Shown in pieces: positions 14,608-28,666 of a DNA stretch of 64,000 bases (positions within the stretch are counted from its first letter, which is position 1; the number at the start of each line of letters is the position of its first letter). The DNA is from Octopus vulgaris (taxonomy: Eukaryota), in the NCBI GenBank assembly GCA_951406725.2, contig OX597828.1, positions 28,644,001 through 28,708,000 of the forward strand, in the 5' to 3' direction. Below the pieces are notes generated by a model. That model saw only the letters and a list, made by a program, of their open reading frames with translations. It was not told where the DNA came from and did no database searches. The translations under genes and the position numbers were made by a program.

Positions 14608-15028
14608 GGCGTAGACATGGGCGTGTTGTTAAGAAGCTCGCTTTACAACCGCATGATTTCGGGTTCAGATCCATCGAGCGCTCCCTTGGGCAAATGTCTC
14701 CTATAACCCCAGGTTGACCAATGCCTTGTGAATGAATTTGGTTGATGGAAACGGTGTGGAAGCTCGCCGTATATATATATATCTATCTATCTATATATAT
14801 ATATGGAAGGGTGTAAGTCTTTCTGTGCGTTTGTCTCTCCTTCTACCGCTTGACAATTGGTATTGGTTTGTTTATCTCCTCGTAACCTAGCGGTTCGGCT
14901 AAAGAACCCAATAGTATAAGTACCAGACTCAAATAATAAGTACTGGAGTGAATTTGTCCGATTAAACTCTTCAAAACAGTACTCCAGCATGGCCGCAGTC
15001 TAATCACCTAAACAAGTAGCAAATAAGA
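14608..15028 (+). mobile_element. tRNA-SINE family A (CORE-like), diverged
   Basis: tRNA head, CCTTGGGCAA core, CAGCATGGCCGCAGTC tail. Confidence 0.8.
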
Positions 15029-15566
15029 TCGTAAACTTCGCCAAAACCAGACCGCCATCAGTTTACTCGCACTTTTCGTTGTACCTGAAGTATTCCTCTG
15101 GTTAGATTTTTCAAAAAAATTATTTTAAGAAAGTGCTTAATAAATAACTAAATAAATAAATAAAATAGCGATGTGACTGATTAGCATTTAAAATTGATCC
15201 GAAGAAAACATTGTATCATTAACAAGCGCAGGAAACAAGATTATGGAAGAAATTAAGATATAAAAATGATATCAAATGTGAACAGGCTATAAAAGTGATA
15301 TCAGATATGGGCAGACTATTAAAATGATATCACAATTTGGTCAGGCTTTACTACGAAGGAAAGAGAAAAATAGTTAATTATTTGCTGCCAAAATGTAAAA
15401 TGTTTGCTGTAAAAATTATTACATTATTAATAAAAGACATGACACTGCGTCGATAGTTGATGGAAAAGTAAGTTATGGCAATATGGAGTTATTAATATAC
15501 TTTTAGTTCGGTGTAATATTAGAGGAGTCGTGGCAGAGAAATTGTACAGGTTATATTACATATCGT

Positions 15567-16250
15567 GGAGGCACATGGCCTAGTGGTTAGAGGCGGCGCA
15601 ATAGCCCAGTGGTTAGGGCAGCGGACTCGCGGTCATAGGATCGCGGTTTCGATTCCCAGACCGGGCGTTGTGAGTGTTTATTGAGCGAAAACACCTAAAG
15701 CTCCACGAGGCTCCGACAGGGGATGGTGGTGATCCCTGCTGTACTCTTTCACCACAACTTTCCCTCACTCTCACTCTTACTTCCTGTTTCTGTTGTACCT
15801 GTATTTCAAAGGGTCGGCCTTGTCACTCTCTGTGTCACGCTGAATATCCCCGAGAACTACGTTAAGGGTACACGTGTCTATGGAGTGCTCAGCCACTTAC
15901 ACGTTAATTTCACGAGCAGGCTGTTCCGTTGATTCGGATCAACTGGAACCCTCATCGTCGTAACCGACGGAGTGCTTCCATCCCAGTGGTTAGAGCAGCG
16001 GACTCGCGGTCAAGGGATAGCGACGATGTGTGTGTTTATGAGCGAAACACCTAAGCTTCACGCGGCTCGGGCAGAAGGTAATGGCGAACTTCTGCTGGTT
16101 CTTTTCGCCACAACTTTCTCTCACTCTTTCCTCCTGCATCTTGCAGCTCACCTGCGACGGACCGGCTTCCCGTCCAGATGGGAAACCTATACGCCAAGGA
16201 AACCGGGACACCGGCCCTAATGAGCCAGGCATGCTCGAGAAGGAACAAAC
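15567..16250 (+). mobile_element. Nested tRNA-SINE family C: inner copy 15593-15981 inserted in the head of an outer copy
   Basis: Duplication CC(T/C)AGTGGTTAGAG at 15579-15592 and 15982-15995; A box TGGCCTAGTGG, B box GGTTTCGATTCCC. Confidence 0.85.
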
Positions 16251-17063
16251 ATATTACATATCACATTTTGAATGTCAAGCTTGTTTGCCAGTTTTAACAT
16301 AAAAAAAACAATCCTCAAAATAGATACACCATCATATTTTCGGGCATCGAGGATGCTTTTCTTTTGCTCCATCCTAATAATAATTCTTACTAATACAGGT
16401 ACAAGGCGTGAAATTTGAGGGAGAGTGGAGCAAGTCGATTATATAGATACCAATGTTCAACTGGTCCTTATTTTACCGACTCCAAAAGGATGAAAGGTAA
16501 CGCCAACCTCAGTGGAACGTTAAAGACGGCGTGCTAACGATTCTGCCAGCTCACCGCCTTATGATAATAATAATAATAATAATCCTTTCTGTTAAAGGCA
16601 CAAGACCAGACATTTCAGGGCAGGGGACAAGTCGACTCCACTGTTCGACTGGTATTTATTTCATCAACCCCCAAATGATGAAATGCAAAGTCGACCTGCC
16701 ATTTTCCAGCCATTGTTTGAACGTCCACTTTTCCATGCTCGCATGGGTCGGAAACAGATTTTGTGCAGCCGGATGCCATTCTTGTCGCCAATCCTCACTT
16801 GCTTTCAAGTAATGTGATATTTCCCCACGACCAGTCATGTTTTTTCCCGGAATATTGGAAACGAAAAACACTGCTTGCATGGCGGTGACACTCATTTACA
16901 ACTATCACATGACCTCAAGACAAGGAGGCAGTAATAATCGCGTACAGACAGACAGACAGATAGATATAGATAGATAGATAGATATAGCTAGTTAGCTAGC
17001 TAGATAGAGAGATAAATAGATAGGTAGATAAATAGATATATATATAAATAGATAGATATATAA

Positions 17064-17116
<53 letters not shown>

Positions 17117-17455
17117 AAGATAGATAGATAGGTGTTTCTTTCAGTTTCCATCCACAAAATCCATTCAAAGGCTTTTTTGAGTGGTTTTGGCAAATGTAAA
17201 ATTTACCGTGTATCTTAGAAGATGAAGATAACAATTTTGATAAGCTAATTATAATGTCGCAAGAGGGTTATCCACATTAAGCTTATTGCGTCCCTATATT
17301 GTACATGTGAGAGGAGAAGACCAGGTGAAGATTCGAGGACTCCTTTGACAGAAATATTGTACTTAGTATGGAATTTCCTTGGGAGAATTTCAAGGTGGTT
17401 TTCTGTTGTTTTTCGTTGGGTAATTAAAAGAGATAGCATTTTGTCATCTGTAACT

Positions 17456-17538
<83 letters not shown>

Positions 17539-18987
17539 AAGATCACCGGTAGTATTTGTATTGTGCTTTACCAATACCGATGGAATTAAGATAAAGTTGA
17601 TCTCAGCAGGATTAGATCACAGAACAACTATCTTCGACGCTTTAATAACTGCTAATTCACCACACTTATTTTGCTTCCAATCTCTTAAAATAATCGTATT
17701 TTGGAAAATAAATCTCTGGAAAATAAGTAGATGATCACTAATCGAATTGGTGATAATTTCTTGTTGCAAAATTTCCAAAATAATTCTCAGAATTTAGTCA
17801 CCAAAACACAAATTATTTTACTTGTTGCTGTTTAATCTATTTACAGAGAAGATATCATTCTCAATGCTTTCTAGAAGAGTTTGTCCTTCACCCAAATGGG
17901 GAGCAGGTAGAATTACTTCAGCTTGGAATCGAAAGAGCGTTATAGATTCTGGTGATGCGGAGCAACAATAATGATGACATCTCAAAGGAATATGTATCGA
18001 TAGTGACATTTATAGTATTTCTGTAGTTTAGCCTTATATCAGGTGTAAATGTTTTTAGCGTTTAATAAGGGAATGGCACACTTAGAAGCTCTTTATTTTT
18101 GTTGGAATTAAGGAAGGAAGTAATTTTTAAATCGAAGATCTGTCTGGAATGCTCGCAACAGAGTGGACTCCACCAAAAGAAACCTAGAACCGAGCAACGG
18201 CATAAGCAAACAGTCAGAACAGGTATCGCATGGTAGACGTATCCAATTCCACAACAGTTATGCCAATTCACCTTTATTTTATAAACCCCGAAAGTATAAA
18301 AGACACTATTGATCTGAGCAGGTTTTGAACTCGGAAAGTAAGGAACCGGACAAAAACTAAGAGGTATTTTTGACTTACCCCCACTAACCACAATGCCAAT
18401 TCGCCGCCAAATTGGTTAAAACGATTCTTGTTGTGATTACATTCTGTCCCTCTTTCATACTTTAACCTTTCGTCGCCTGGCACAAAGACTCCCCACCCAT
18501 CTTCAATAAGACTTTTCACCTTTCTTGGTGAACAAATTAGTACTGGTGCCACATAAAAAAAGCACCCAATCCATTCAGTAGGGTGGTTGGTGTTAAGAAG
18601 GGTATCCAGCTGGAGAAACCATACCAAAGTAGATTCTGGAGATTGGCACAACCCACTGACTTGCTAGCTCGTTGTCGAAATCGTCCAGCCCATGTCAGCA
18701 AGGAAAATGGACCTTAAATGGCGATGACGGTGGTGATGATTATGATGATGATGACTGTATATCTAGCACTACATCACCAAATGTGCACTATTATTAAAAT
18801 GCTGCGGTACTTTTTGAGGAGGGATTTTCCTTCTGTTTCTAGCAAGACAAACGACCATGTACAAGCTCCCTCCCTATTCCGTGTCGAGAACCTATTTCTG
18901 AGAAGGTTGTTAGGATAGTGTGTACAATTCAATGGCTACGACTGGTCAACAAATCCGGGTTACTGAAATATAAAAAGCAACTAATGA

Positions 18988-19057
<70 letters not shown>

Positions 19058-19588
19058 GCGGGCGGTGGTAAAGATACCGGTAGCAACAACAGTGGTGATG
19101 GTGGTGATAGTAGTAGTAGTAGTTCACTCTTAGATCACTCTCCAATTAAGCAAACTTATAATCAAAGACACTCTAACCCTGACCATCTCGTCTATTTCTA
19201 TGTTCAAGACTAAATTATCTAATTTGTCCTCCACCACTTTTATCTCTTTTCTGAAAACGATAAGGTTGCAACCTGAAGGAGAATTTAGCTGTTGTGTCTA
19301 CCAGGTCGAGCGACCGCACAAAATCTTTTCTTGTTAGCTAGTTATTTGTTCTTCAGACGTACAGTTGTTATGTAGTAGTAAGATATCGAATAGCCAGCAT
19401 GTTAGCCATACATACATCATCCATCACTTTGTTATCCAGCCCTGCATCCATTCATTTTTCTTACTATTCGCTCTTCTAACAATCTAACGCCTAACCATCC
19501 AGCACACCCACCTTATCTATCCCTCCAACCCAAGATCCAGCTGGCTATTTATATATCCACTTACTTAGCCTACTGCGCTCTCTCTCTT

Positions 19589-19653
<65 letters not shown>

Positions 19654-20862
19654 TTCTTTCTCTCTCTCCACACACAATATATCCATTCCATCTTTGTCTC
19701 AGTCTTTGCAACCATCCACTCATCTAATTAACCACGTAACTATTCCTCAATCCAATCCAGTCCATCCATCCATCCATCCATCCATCCACATCTCCCTCTG
19801 ACCAGCAATCCAGCCATTTCTCACTTCATCCATCTCTCTAGCGCTTCGTCCACCCGTCCACCCGTCCACCCATCCATCCATCCATCCAAACCGTCAGTCA
19901 ATCAGGTGGCAAGATGGCTAACGTGCAAGTTGCATGTGCGTGCTCACCTAAGCCAGTTCATGCTTGTTTATATATCCCCGATGCTTGTAAATGTTCAGAC
20001 AAAGCATAAATACAGGCCTGTAAAAATAATAAAAGAAGCGTAACAAAACAAACGCGCAGACGCGTCTTTTATGAGTACAGCAATTTAATGGTAGCATACA
20101 TTAACCGTATCAAACAGTATGTACTCAGTAATGCTACTAACACATTCGCCTCATAGATCAAAAAACATTATGCCCACACATACATAACTCTCTAATCATT
20201 CATGCATAACAACGACTAGCGAAAGTGAAAGTAAGAGAGACGAAAGAAATAACCAGCACCAATACAACTACCGCCGCCATACCAGACCATCCATACAGCC
20301 GCAACTATAACTACAGAAACTAAAAGAAAAAAGAGAAAAAGAGAGAAAAAAAAACGAGCAAATGAAAGAAAGAGTCTAAGATATAACGTATGGGAGCACG
20401 AGATGCAAGGAACAATGATTGTTAATGCACATGCATAAAGTAATTGCAAATATTAGAGCAAGTTATTTGCAAATAGCTTCGTCCATTGGTGCACAATATT
20501 CTTCTCCCCCGTGCGTTATTATTCTGGCAATAAAAGTAATGAGCATTTCTACGGAAAGATATCATATTGAAGATATCACGTTGGTATTAAAACCAATCAT
20601 TGGTTCGTAGCTTTCTCATAAATTGCTCAATATATTAAGGAACATTTCCCACGGAAAGAAAGAAAGACAAGTCTCTCAAATACCAGGCGAAAATACGGAT
20701 GAGGTTGGGATAAGAGGATGGGAAAATGGAGGAGGAGGAGGATGAGGATATAGAGAAGATGGAAGAGGAAAAGATGGAGGTGGAAGAAACTGAGAAATTT
20801 ATTTTACTGAACGTTCACCGAAGGAGCGCATTTATTGTCAGACAACGACTTACAAATTATCA

Positions 20863-20911
<49 letters not shown>

Positions 20912-21099
20912 CTTTTTTTCCTCCTTTTTGAAGTAAACAAAATTATAAGTTTACTGATAATGGTAATTATTGAGAGTAATGCGTAGTAAATAGTAAACAG
21001 TATTTTATCTTCAAACTTTCGACTTGTGATCCGTTGCTAATTAAAAAATAAGAGAGAGAGAGAGAGAGCGGTTCTGTTTTCCTTCTTTTTCTCAGTTTC

Positions 21100-21180
<81 letters not shown>

Positions 21181-21573
21181 GTGTGTGTGTGTGTGTGTAT
21201 TAGTGTAGTACCGGTAAAAAATGACGGGACTTATTTCTACTCCCATTCAGTAATTCTTAAAGATTTTGCTTCAAGCCTTGTTCCATTATGTTACATTTTG
21301 TCTTCTTTTATTATTCATTTTATTTCTACTCACTCTTTATTCTCAAATTCATTCACTCCGTTATTCCGGCGTCCCTCACACACTTTTTGTTAGGAAGATT
21401 TTCTATGGTCGGATGCTCTCCCTGATTGTAACCCTCATTTGTTTCCAACCCAGTTAATATTCCTCTATCCCCCGACCTGTTTACAAGGAAGATTGGAAAT
21501 GAAGGACACAGCAATAATGACGGTGACACTCGTTTACAAATACCACGCAATAGAAAGAAAGGAAACACAAACT

Positions 21574-21623
<50 letters not shown>

Positions 21624-21826
21624 GACAAACAAACACACACATTTACATATGTAGTTTATATACATGTAGTTTCAGTTTACCAAATCCACTCACAAGATTT
21701 TGGTCCATTTAGGGCTATAGAAGATGTCAGAGGTGTTACGCTCTGGGACTGAACCCGGAACCATGTAGTTGAGAACCAAGCTTCTCAACCATCCACCTAC
21801 ACCTCTGTGTGTGTATGTGTGTGTGT

Positions 21827-22018
21827 ATGATTGACCGCTAAATCCACAAGTTCTTTTTTATATTTTCTCTGTTTATTTCCTTGTGTTGCTTTCTGTCGAA
21901 GAGCGTAGGCTCGAAACATAAAAGACTTTCTCACCTTCCCAAGCGTTAAAGTAATACACCTGCTTGTTGTTTATACACATGTCTTTGTCTTTTGTTTTTT
22001 TCTGTAAATTTCAACTTT
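21827..22018 (+). mobile_element. Hammerhead element family A copy (HHR 21889-21924)
   Basis: CTTT CTGTCGA A GAGC gtag GCTC GAA ACAT A AAAG; abuts (TA)n. Confidence 0.7.
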
Positions 22019-22022
22019 ATAT

Positions 22023-22086
<64 letters not shown>

Positions 22087-22092
22087 ATATAT

Positions 22093-22229
<137 letters not shown>

Positions 22230-22359
22230 GTATTTGAGAGAGGGGAGATAAGAAATAATGGAGTCAGCAAGTTAGTGTGCGCGTGTGTGTGTGTGTGTAT
22301 CTTGTTTTTTCCACTCAAGGAAAATCTTCCCTTACGTCTTCTTTCCGTTTCCAAACATT

Positions 22360-22430
<71 letters not shown>

Positions 22431-22711
22431 AGATAGGAGAAAATGATAGAACGAAATAGTTGGGCAAACAAAAGAGGGTTAGAAGAGAAAAGAGGCAGAG
22501 GAAAGTCACAGTTCTACAATAAACGGAGGGTTAGATATAACGTTGTAAAGTGAGTGAGTGAGTGGGTTTGAGTGAGTTGTGTATGTCATCGTTCTATCAT
22601 TTTCTCCTCTCTCTCTCTTGTTCACTCCAGACTAATCCATTCACCAATGCTTCCATCCATCTATCCATATATCTATCCACCCGTCAGTCCGCCAATCTAT
22701 CTATCTATCTC

Positions 22712-23125
22712 TTTACTCTCTTTTACTCTTTTACTTGTTTCAGTCATTTAACTGCGGCCATGCTGGAGCACCGCCTTTAGTCGAGCAAATCGACCCCCGG
22801 GACTTATTCTTTGTAAGCCCAGTACTTATTCTATCGGTCTCTTTTGCCGAACCGCTAAGTAACGGGGACGTAAACACACCAGCATCAGTTGTCAAGCAAT
22901 GCTAGGGGGACAAACACAGACACACAAACATATACACACACACATATATATATACATATATACGACAGGCTTCTTTCAGTTTCCGTCTACCAAATCCACT
23001 CACAAGGCATTGGTCGGCCTGGGGCTATAGCAGAAGACACTTGCCCAAGATGCCACGCAGTGGGACTGAACCCGGAACCATGTGGTTGGTTAGCAAGCTA
23101 CTTACCACACAGCCACTTCTGCGCC
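22712..23125 (-). mobile_element. tRNA-SINE family A, full length
   Basis: Near-identical to 55773-56190 and 59745-60167; (AAGAGTA)n tail. Confidence 0.9.
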
Positions 23126-24349
23126 TATGTATCTATCTACATACATACATAAATCAGTTTATCAATGCCTTGTCTACCCCTGTTTGCCTTTCTATCAACT
23201 ATATTTATCCCTCTATCTAATCTTCCCGTCTAATCTAAATGTATTTCCCTCTTTCAGAAGAATCCGTGGTAATTTGGGATCCAAGATGCAAATATCGGTT
23301 CAACCATCTTGCCTTCGTGTCAAAGGTCTGTTGCAAAAGGATCAGGCTTTTGGGATCCGAGCCAGCAACAATGGTGACAACAACAATAATAATAATAATA
23401 ATAACCCTTTCTACCAAAGGCACAGAGCGTGAAATTGTTGGGGAAAGAGTCAGTGGATTACGTCGACGCTAGTACACAACTGGTACTTATTTTATGGACT
23501 CCGAAAGGACGAGAAGCAAAGTCGACCTCGGCGGAATTAGAACCCAGAACGTAGTTAACTCCCCAGTTGTTGCTTTCGCGCATTTTGCGCCGAGCAGACG
23601 GAAGTAATATGAAATGAAGTGTTTTGGTCAAGGACATAACACATCGCTCACTCTGGGAATCGAAACCGCGACCTTACAATCGTGAGTCCCAAAATGTAAC
23701 CATTAGGCTATCACAAAGAATGTATTACAACAGCCTAGTGATAGAAACTAATAAGAGGATTTAGGTTGGGCCCCTCCATTAGGAGGACGTATCTTTCCCG
23801 CATGTAATATTTGCCAAATTTCTCTTATTTCATAGTTGAAATTCTTAAATAGATATTAATCCATTCACGCATACCCGGGCTGCTCTGCTTATAGGTCGGT
23901 GCTACTACACAGAGAGACATCTTTGGCATGTTTATTCTATTTATTCATATATGCACAACTAACCAGTGCGCAGCGAAGTGTTATCGTAAACCTGAGTTGG
24001 CTGGTGGAAGTGGCAGAGAGCGCCGGCAGCTGGTATGTGGTCAGCAGATTGTGTTGGGTACCACAAATTATTGTAGTTCACTGGCAGATAAATGACCATT
24101 TTCTGGTGATTTCGCACGATGGCCAGGGGTCTCAGCTGGTTTGTCCACCAATTTTGTCCGATAACAGACATTTACCACGTGCCAACTGGGCATTGTCTAC
24201 TCATGTGGACGGGGTTTTGTTAAATATAAAAAAATATTTTTTCTGGAATTAAATTTCCAAGTATCTCTTCCTCGTGTAGCGTCTACCGTGCCGCAAAATA
24301 CAAATATATTATATGTGTGTGTGAGTGTGTGTGTATGTGTTTGTTCCTT

Positions 24350-24720
24350 TACCTTTTATTTGTTCCAGTCATTCGACTGCAGCCATGCTGGGGCACCACC
24401 TTGAAGTGTTTTAGTCGAACAAATCGACTCCAGTACTTTTTTTTTTTTTTGTTAAAGTCTGGTATTTATTTTACCAGTATTTTTTGTCGAACAGCTACGT
24501 TGTAGGGACGTAAACAAACCCAGACCGGTTGCTAAGCGGGGGTAGAGGACAAATACACATACATGCACACACACATATATACGACGAGTTGGGTTTTTTT
24601 TTTTTTTAGTTTCCGACTTCCACGTCCACTTCCAAAGTTTTGGTTGGTCCGGGGTACCATAAAATGGGACTGAACTCGGAAGTATGTGGTTGGGAAGCAA
24701 GCGTTTTGCCATACAGCCAC
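24350..24720 (-). mobile_element. tRNA-SINE family A, diverged
   Basis: Similar to the family A tail and head. Confidence 0.7.
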
Positions 24721-24797
24721 AATTTGAAGGAGAATTGACAGTTATGTCGAGAAGGTAGCACGACCCCATAGATGTTCCCTCATTAACTCGCAAATCA

Positions 24798-24847
<50 letters not shown>

Positions 24848-25550
24848 TTGTGTGTGTGTGTGTGTTCTATGACTTTGGTTCTATAATTCTATTCCCAGTG
24901 TCCCACAACCCTGCCATGTTAAAGACATTACTACAATTATTAGCTTGAATATCAATATGGAAGATGATAAACACAATAAAATAATAACAAATTAATTCCC
25001 CAATTTATTCCAAAATATAATTACAACTATTTAGTTCAATTAATTAAAGAAAATCGATGAAATTTTATCCGACAATACAAGCCTTTCCAAGTCTGAGAGT
25101 TAATTAACAAAAAAAAAGTTTAGTTTTCCTATTAATAACTTCTTATTTGTTCTATAAGTACTTTTTGCAATATTGACATTGAAAAAAAAGTCTTCCAGGG
25201 ACGTCTTCTGCATGAAGAACATGTGCCTCAATTGAGGGCTATAGCATGTTTAACCTTTTCGGCAAAAATAAATTGAACAAACGCAGCGTCGAAAAATAAA
25301 AACGCCAAAAAAAAAAAAACACAGTCTTCATGACAAAATTTTCTTCGCATGAGATTCAGTGTTCTCTTGTCAGTGACCAGGTCATAGGTCGTGCGACGTA
25401 AATTTTGATACCAGATAACAAATTATGAATCATAAATGTTTGAGTAAAGTTTAGAGTTTTTGTGTGTTTATGAAAGCCTACGTGTGTCTTCCATGCTGCA
25501 ATAGTTTTAGTCTCAACACACGGTGTCAGATCAAATCCTGCTAAGTTTAC

Positions 25551-25686
25551 CTCCGAAATTAATACAAGTATTCTATTGAAAGTGCATTCGTTAGGAAGAG
25601 AAAAGTCATAAAGTTCAATGTTAATTCTTATTAAGTAATCTAAGGGAGTTAACTCCAGAACACACTGAATGCAGTGAAGAGCGAAT
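25551..25686 (-). CDS. Candidate internal exon encoding part of a CUB-like domain
   Basis: Non-repetitive ORF segment CVLELTPLDYLIRINIELYDFSLPNECTFNRILVLISE fits the CUB pattern C...RI.L...DF.L...C.(Y/F)D; bounded by cag| acceptor(s) and a GAG|GTAAAC donor. Confidence 0.4.
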
Positions 25687-26967
25687 CTGATTGCAATATG
25701 CGGGGGAAAATATATTGTACACCAGAGGGATCTAGTAACCTCTGTGTTTTTTTTTATTTTTAAGTTAGATTTTTTTTTTAAATCAAAAAGCGACACATCT
25801 GAATTTCCAATTCAAATGATATATTTTTCAATAGGTTCAAATCAGACCTCATTGGCAGATCTATAATTAAAGGCGTTACAGCCATGACTATCCCATCTTC
25901 TATTTAGCACCATATTAGCACCATATTTAGCACCTGCTAAAAGCTTCCGGTTTAGAGTGCTCCCTGCGTCCTTAAGGCTGGGATGAAGTCTGTAATCGTA
26001 ATATTGATGCTCCCTGAGGACAGGGTGCATGTCCTCGGTCGAGACTAACGTGTCACAGATGCAAACGGCCGGCGCGATATTAAGACAAGTTCTCGGCATC
26101 GTCTTTGAGAGGAGTTACAGACAAAGCTGATCGAGTAGGAGAGCCACAAGTCCTACAAGAAGAAGAAACTCCGAGTTCAAATCCCAGGCAGATGGAGTTG
26201 GTAAGCATGGGCAACGATGTGATTGCCCAAGGAAAGGAAACTTGGACAGAAAACCAACTCTTTTCAGGCCTTGAAGGTTGAGTAGAAGAATAATCAACAG
26301 ATCTCGAAAGAGACCCTTCTGGTTAAAACAACTTCAAAAACTCACAAGAATGTACAACATTTTGTAAAGGTAGGGGTCCCTAACCTGGAATGAGAAGAAT
26401 GGGGAACGTGGAACCAGGTGAGAACGACGGCCATCGGCAGAGCAGCGTAGGATGAGAAAGAGAAAAAGAGGGAGAGGGGCAAAGAAACCTTATGTGCCAC
26501 TTTGGCAAGAATTATTCAGTTCAAATGTTTAAGTCAGTGGACTTTCCTTTGAGAGACATTTAGCTGTTATTTCTAGTAAACTGAGCCACCACAAGGACAT
26601 TCCCATGTTTTCGAGTAGCGAAAAGAAATATTTATTATTTTGGTTTCTGTTCATCTCCGGAAATACGTTCAATTTCAGCTGAAGGCATTTACATAAAGAG
26701 AAGAGAAGAAAACTTACTCAAAATAATAATTTCGTCTTTTCCTTCCAGAGTACAATGAATCAGTTGAGGAGGTGTGGCCGGTTCATGCGCTGCCGCTGGT
26801 ACCACATCGTGGGAATGACTAACACGCTTACTGTTTGACGTTGTGGTCCATGGAGCTTTAGATGGATATTACCGATAAGAATAGTTCATACACTGCTGTA
26901 AGCAACCGATGAGTGTTAGCTTTCCCAAGCGTGAAGGCGCATAGCTTAGCGGTTAGGGCATTCGGCT

Positions 26968-28081
26968 CAAGTTGTTCGCTAATGGGGATGCTCTTGATAG
27001 TGGATGTAAAGTTCTCGTAGAACTCATCCTTGACATCCGGGGTGGCGGGCGGACATTGTCGGGGGATACACACTGCCGAGGGTGACGGGGCCCTCGGTAG
27101 TGTTGAGGCGGAGGGCTAGGAGCCGCTCGGAGCCGCCGATGCCTGGTTTTACCATCCTCAGCAAGCTCTTCTTTATTGCAAAGCCTACTCCATGTTCTCT
27201 GGGCTCATCAAAGCTCTTCCTTTTCCAGAGGAATGTGTAGTCCCTCTCCCTCAGTGTGCCTGCATCGGCTAACCGTGTTTCCAGAGCAGCGATATCGATG
27301 CTTGTGCTTCTCGTTGATGTGCTCCTCGTCTCTTGTGCTCCTCGTTGATGACTGCTGTTTTCCTAGCGCCACTGATGTTCTGAAGGTCCTGGGAGAGGCC
27401 AGGCATCATTGTCCAGACATTCCAGCATCCCACTTTTAGAGCTGGTCCCTTCTTGATAGCTTTTCTCTTTTTGCCTGGTGCGGTAGTCGACAATCTGCTT
27501 GTCGGATGTTCTCCTAATCCCCATCCACCCAATGACGAAAGCAAGCCGTGGCGGGACAACACCTTACTGGCTGGGGTCTGCCCAACTTGAGGCGGGCGGT
27601 AACTGTCCATTGAGACTCGAAGATCTCTCCCACCGTCGGAAGCAACCCCTGGCGCTGCACTGCACGCCAATTGAGAAAAGGCTTATAACCAGTATCTGCT
27701 GCTTCCCGTGTTGTGTCGACACCAAATAATTGGCGAAGATGGAGTGTCTTCTCCAGGTGAAGGTGGCATGGACGGATGTGAGCCTGGGCAATGTAATATG
27801 GAGATCAGGTTGTTGCTCATGCAACTTGTCCCCCTCTCCACCTCGCTGACGAATCCAAAGGAACAGTGGGCTGCTACAGTTTGGTGCCAGCGTGGTCGCA
27901 GGAGCTGCAAGGCCGACGTAGCTCCTTAGGGGCTCCGAATCCTGATTTTTCCTCGAGGTTCATTCCTGGAGCCTTTCCTGTGATCAGGTATCCCGCAAGA
28001 TGGCAGAGGTTTGAAATCAGGGTTTCTCTTTCCCTAAGTGGGCTACCCTCACGGGTTGACGAGCCCACTTGCCCGAAGCAA
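26968..28081 (-). mobile_element. RTE-clade LINE 5' portion (5'UTR plus AP-endonuclease N-terminus), frameshifted
   Basis: LKVGCWNVWTM, ETRLADAGTL, EHGVGFAIK, GSERLLALRL and KDEFYE endonuclease motifs; GAAACCCTGATTTCAAACC UTR motif. Confidence 0.85.
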
Positions 28082-28194
28082 CTTAGCCAGCGGGTTAGCG
28101 TTAGTTGAAGGCTAAAACATTGCGAAGCGCATTGTGACCAGCGATATGTAACAACATCTGATAACCTCGTCGGTCACGGTGATATATATATAAC

Positions 28195-28617
28195 GCCTTG
28201 CTCCGATGTCTGGCAACTGACTTAGTAAACACCCACAAAATTATTAACCATCGTACCAACAACCACCTTGAGCACCTTTTTGAGCTCCATGTGTCTAACA
28301 CATGTGGGCATGCCTACAAAGTCAGAAAACATAATAGCTCCCATAAATTTCATAAACATTTTTTTCACACTCAGAGTTGCTGAAGCATGGAAAAAAACTA
28401 CCAGCATCAGTCGTTAGCTGCTGAGACATTGCATCCTTTAAAACGTCCATGCTTCCTGAAATTCACTAACACTACACCTGATATCCCCACCTTCATATGC
28501 ATGCATGTATATCATGAGTCATACACTGTTCACTTTGACATTTGTACATAATTCTATGTAATGTGCATGCACCTTTGATGAGCTGTGGTGCACCTGAGCA
28601 CTATACACAACAGTTTC

Positions 28618-28620
<3 letters not shown>
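28195..28620 (+). mobile_element. CR1-clade LINE 3' end fragment
   Basis: DLVNTHKII...NTCGHAYKV...HKHFF-TLRVAEAWKKLPASVV motifs. Confidence 0.75.

Positions 28621-28664
<44 letters not shown>

Positions 28665-28666
<2 letters not shown>

Noticed and set aside
15259-15347. Three ~29-bp diverged tandem units (TATAAAA.TGATATCA...)
   Set aside because: Ordinary decayed minisatellite with no further structure.
15593-15670. tRNA gene candidates (also 42808, 53391, 56351)
   Set aside because: A and B boxes are present, but they continue into SINE bodies and lack a proper acceptor stem; they are SINE heads.
23899-24252. Unique-looking ORFs on both strands as an exon or hAT C-terminal remnant
   Set aside because: No consistent splice phase or convincing motif.
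26748-26822. Plus-strand terminal exon YNESVEEVWPVHALPLVPHRGND* after ttttccttccag
   Set aside because: Competing minus-strand readings are equally plausible and cannot be resolved without RNA data.
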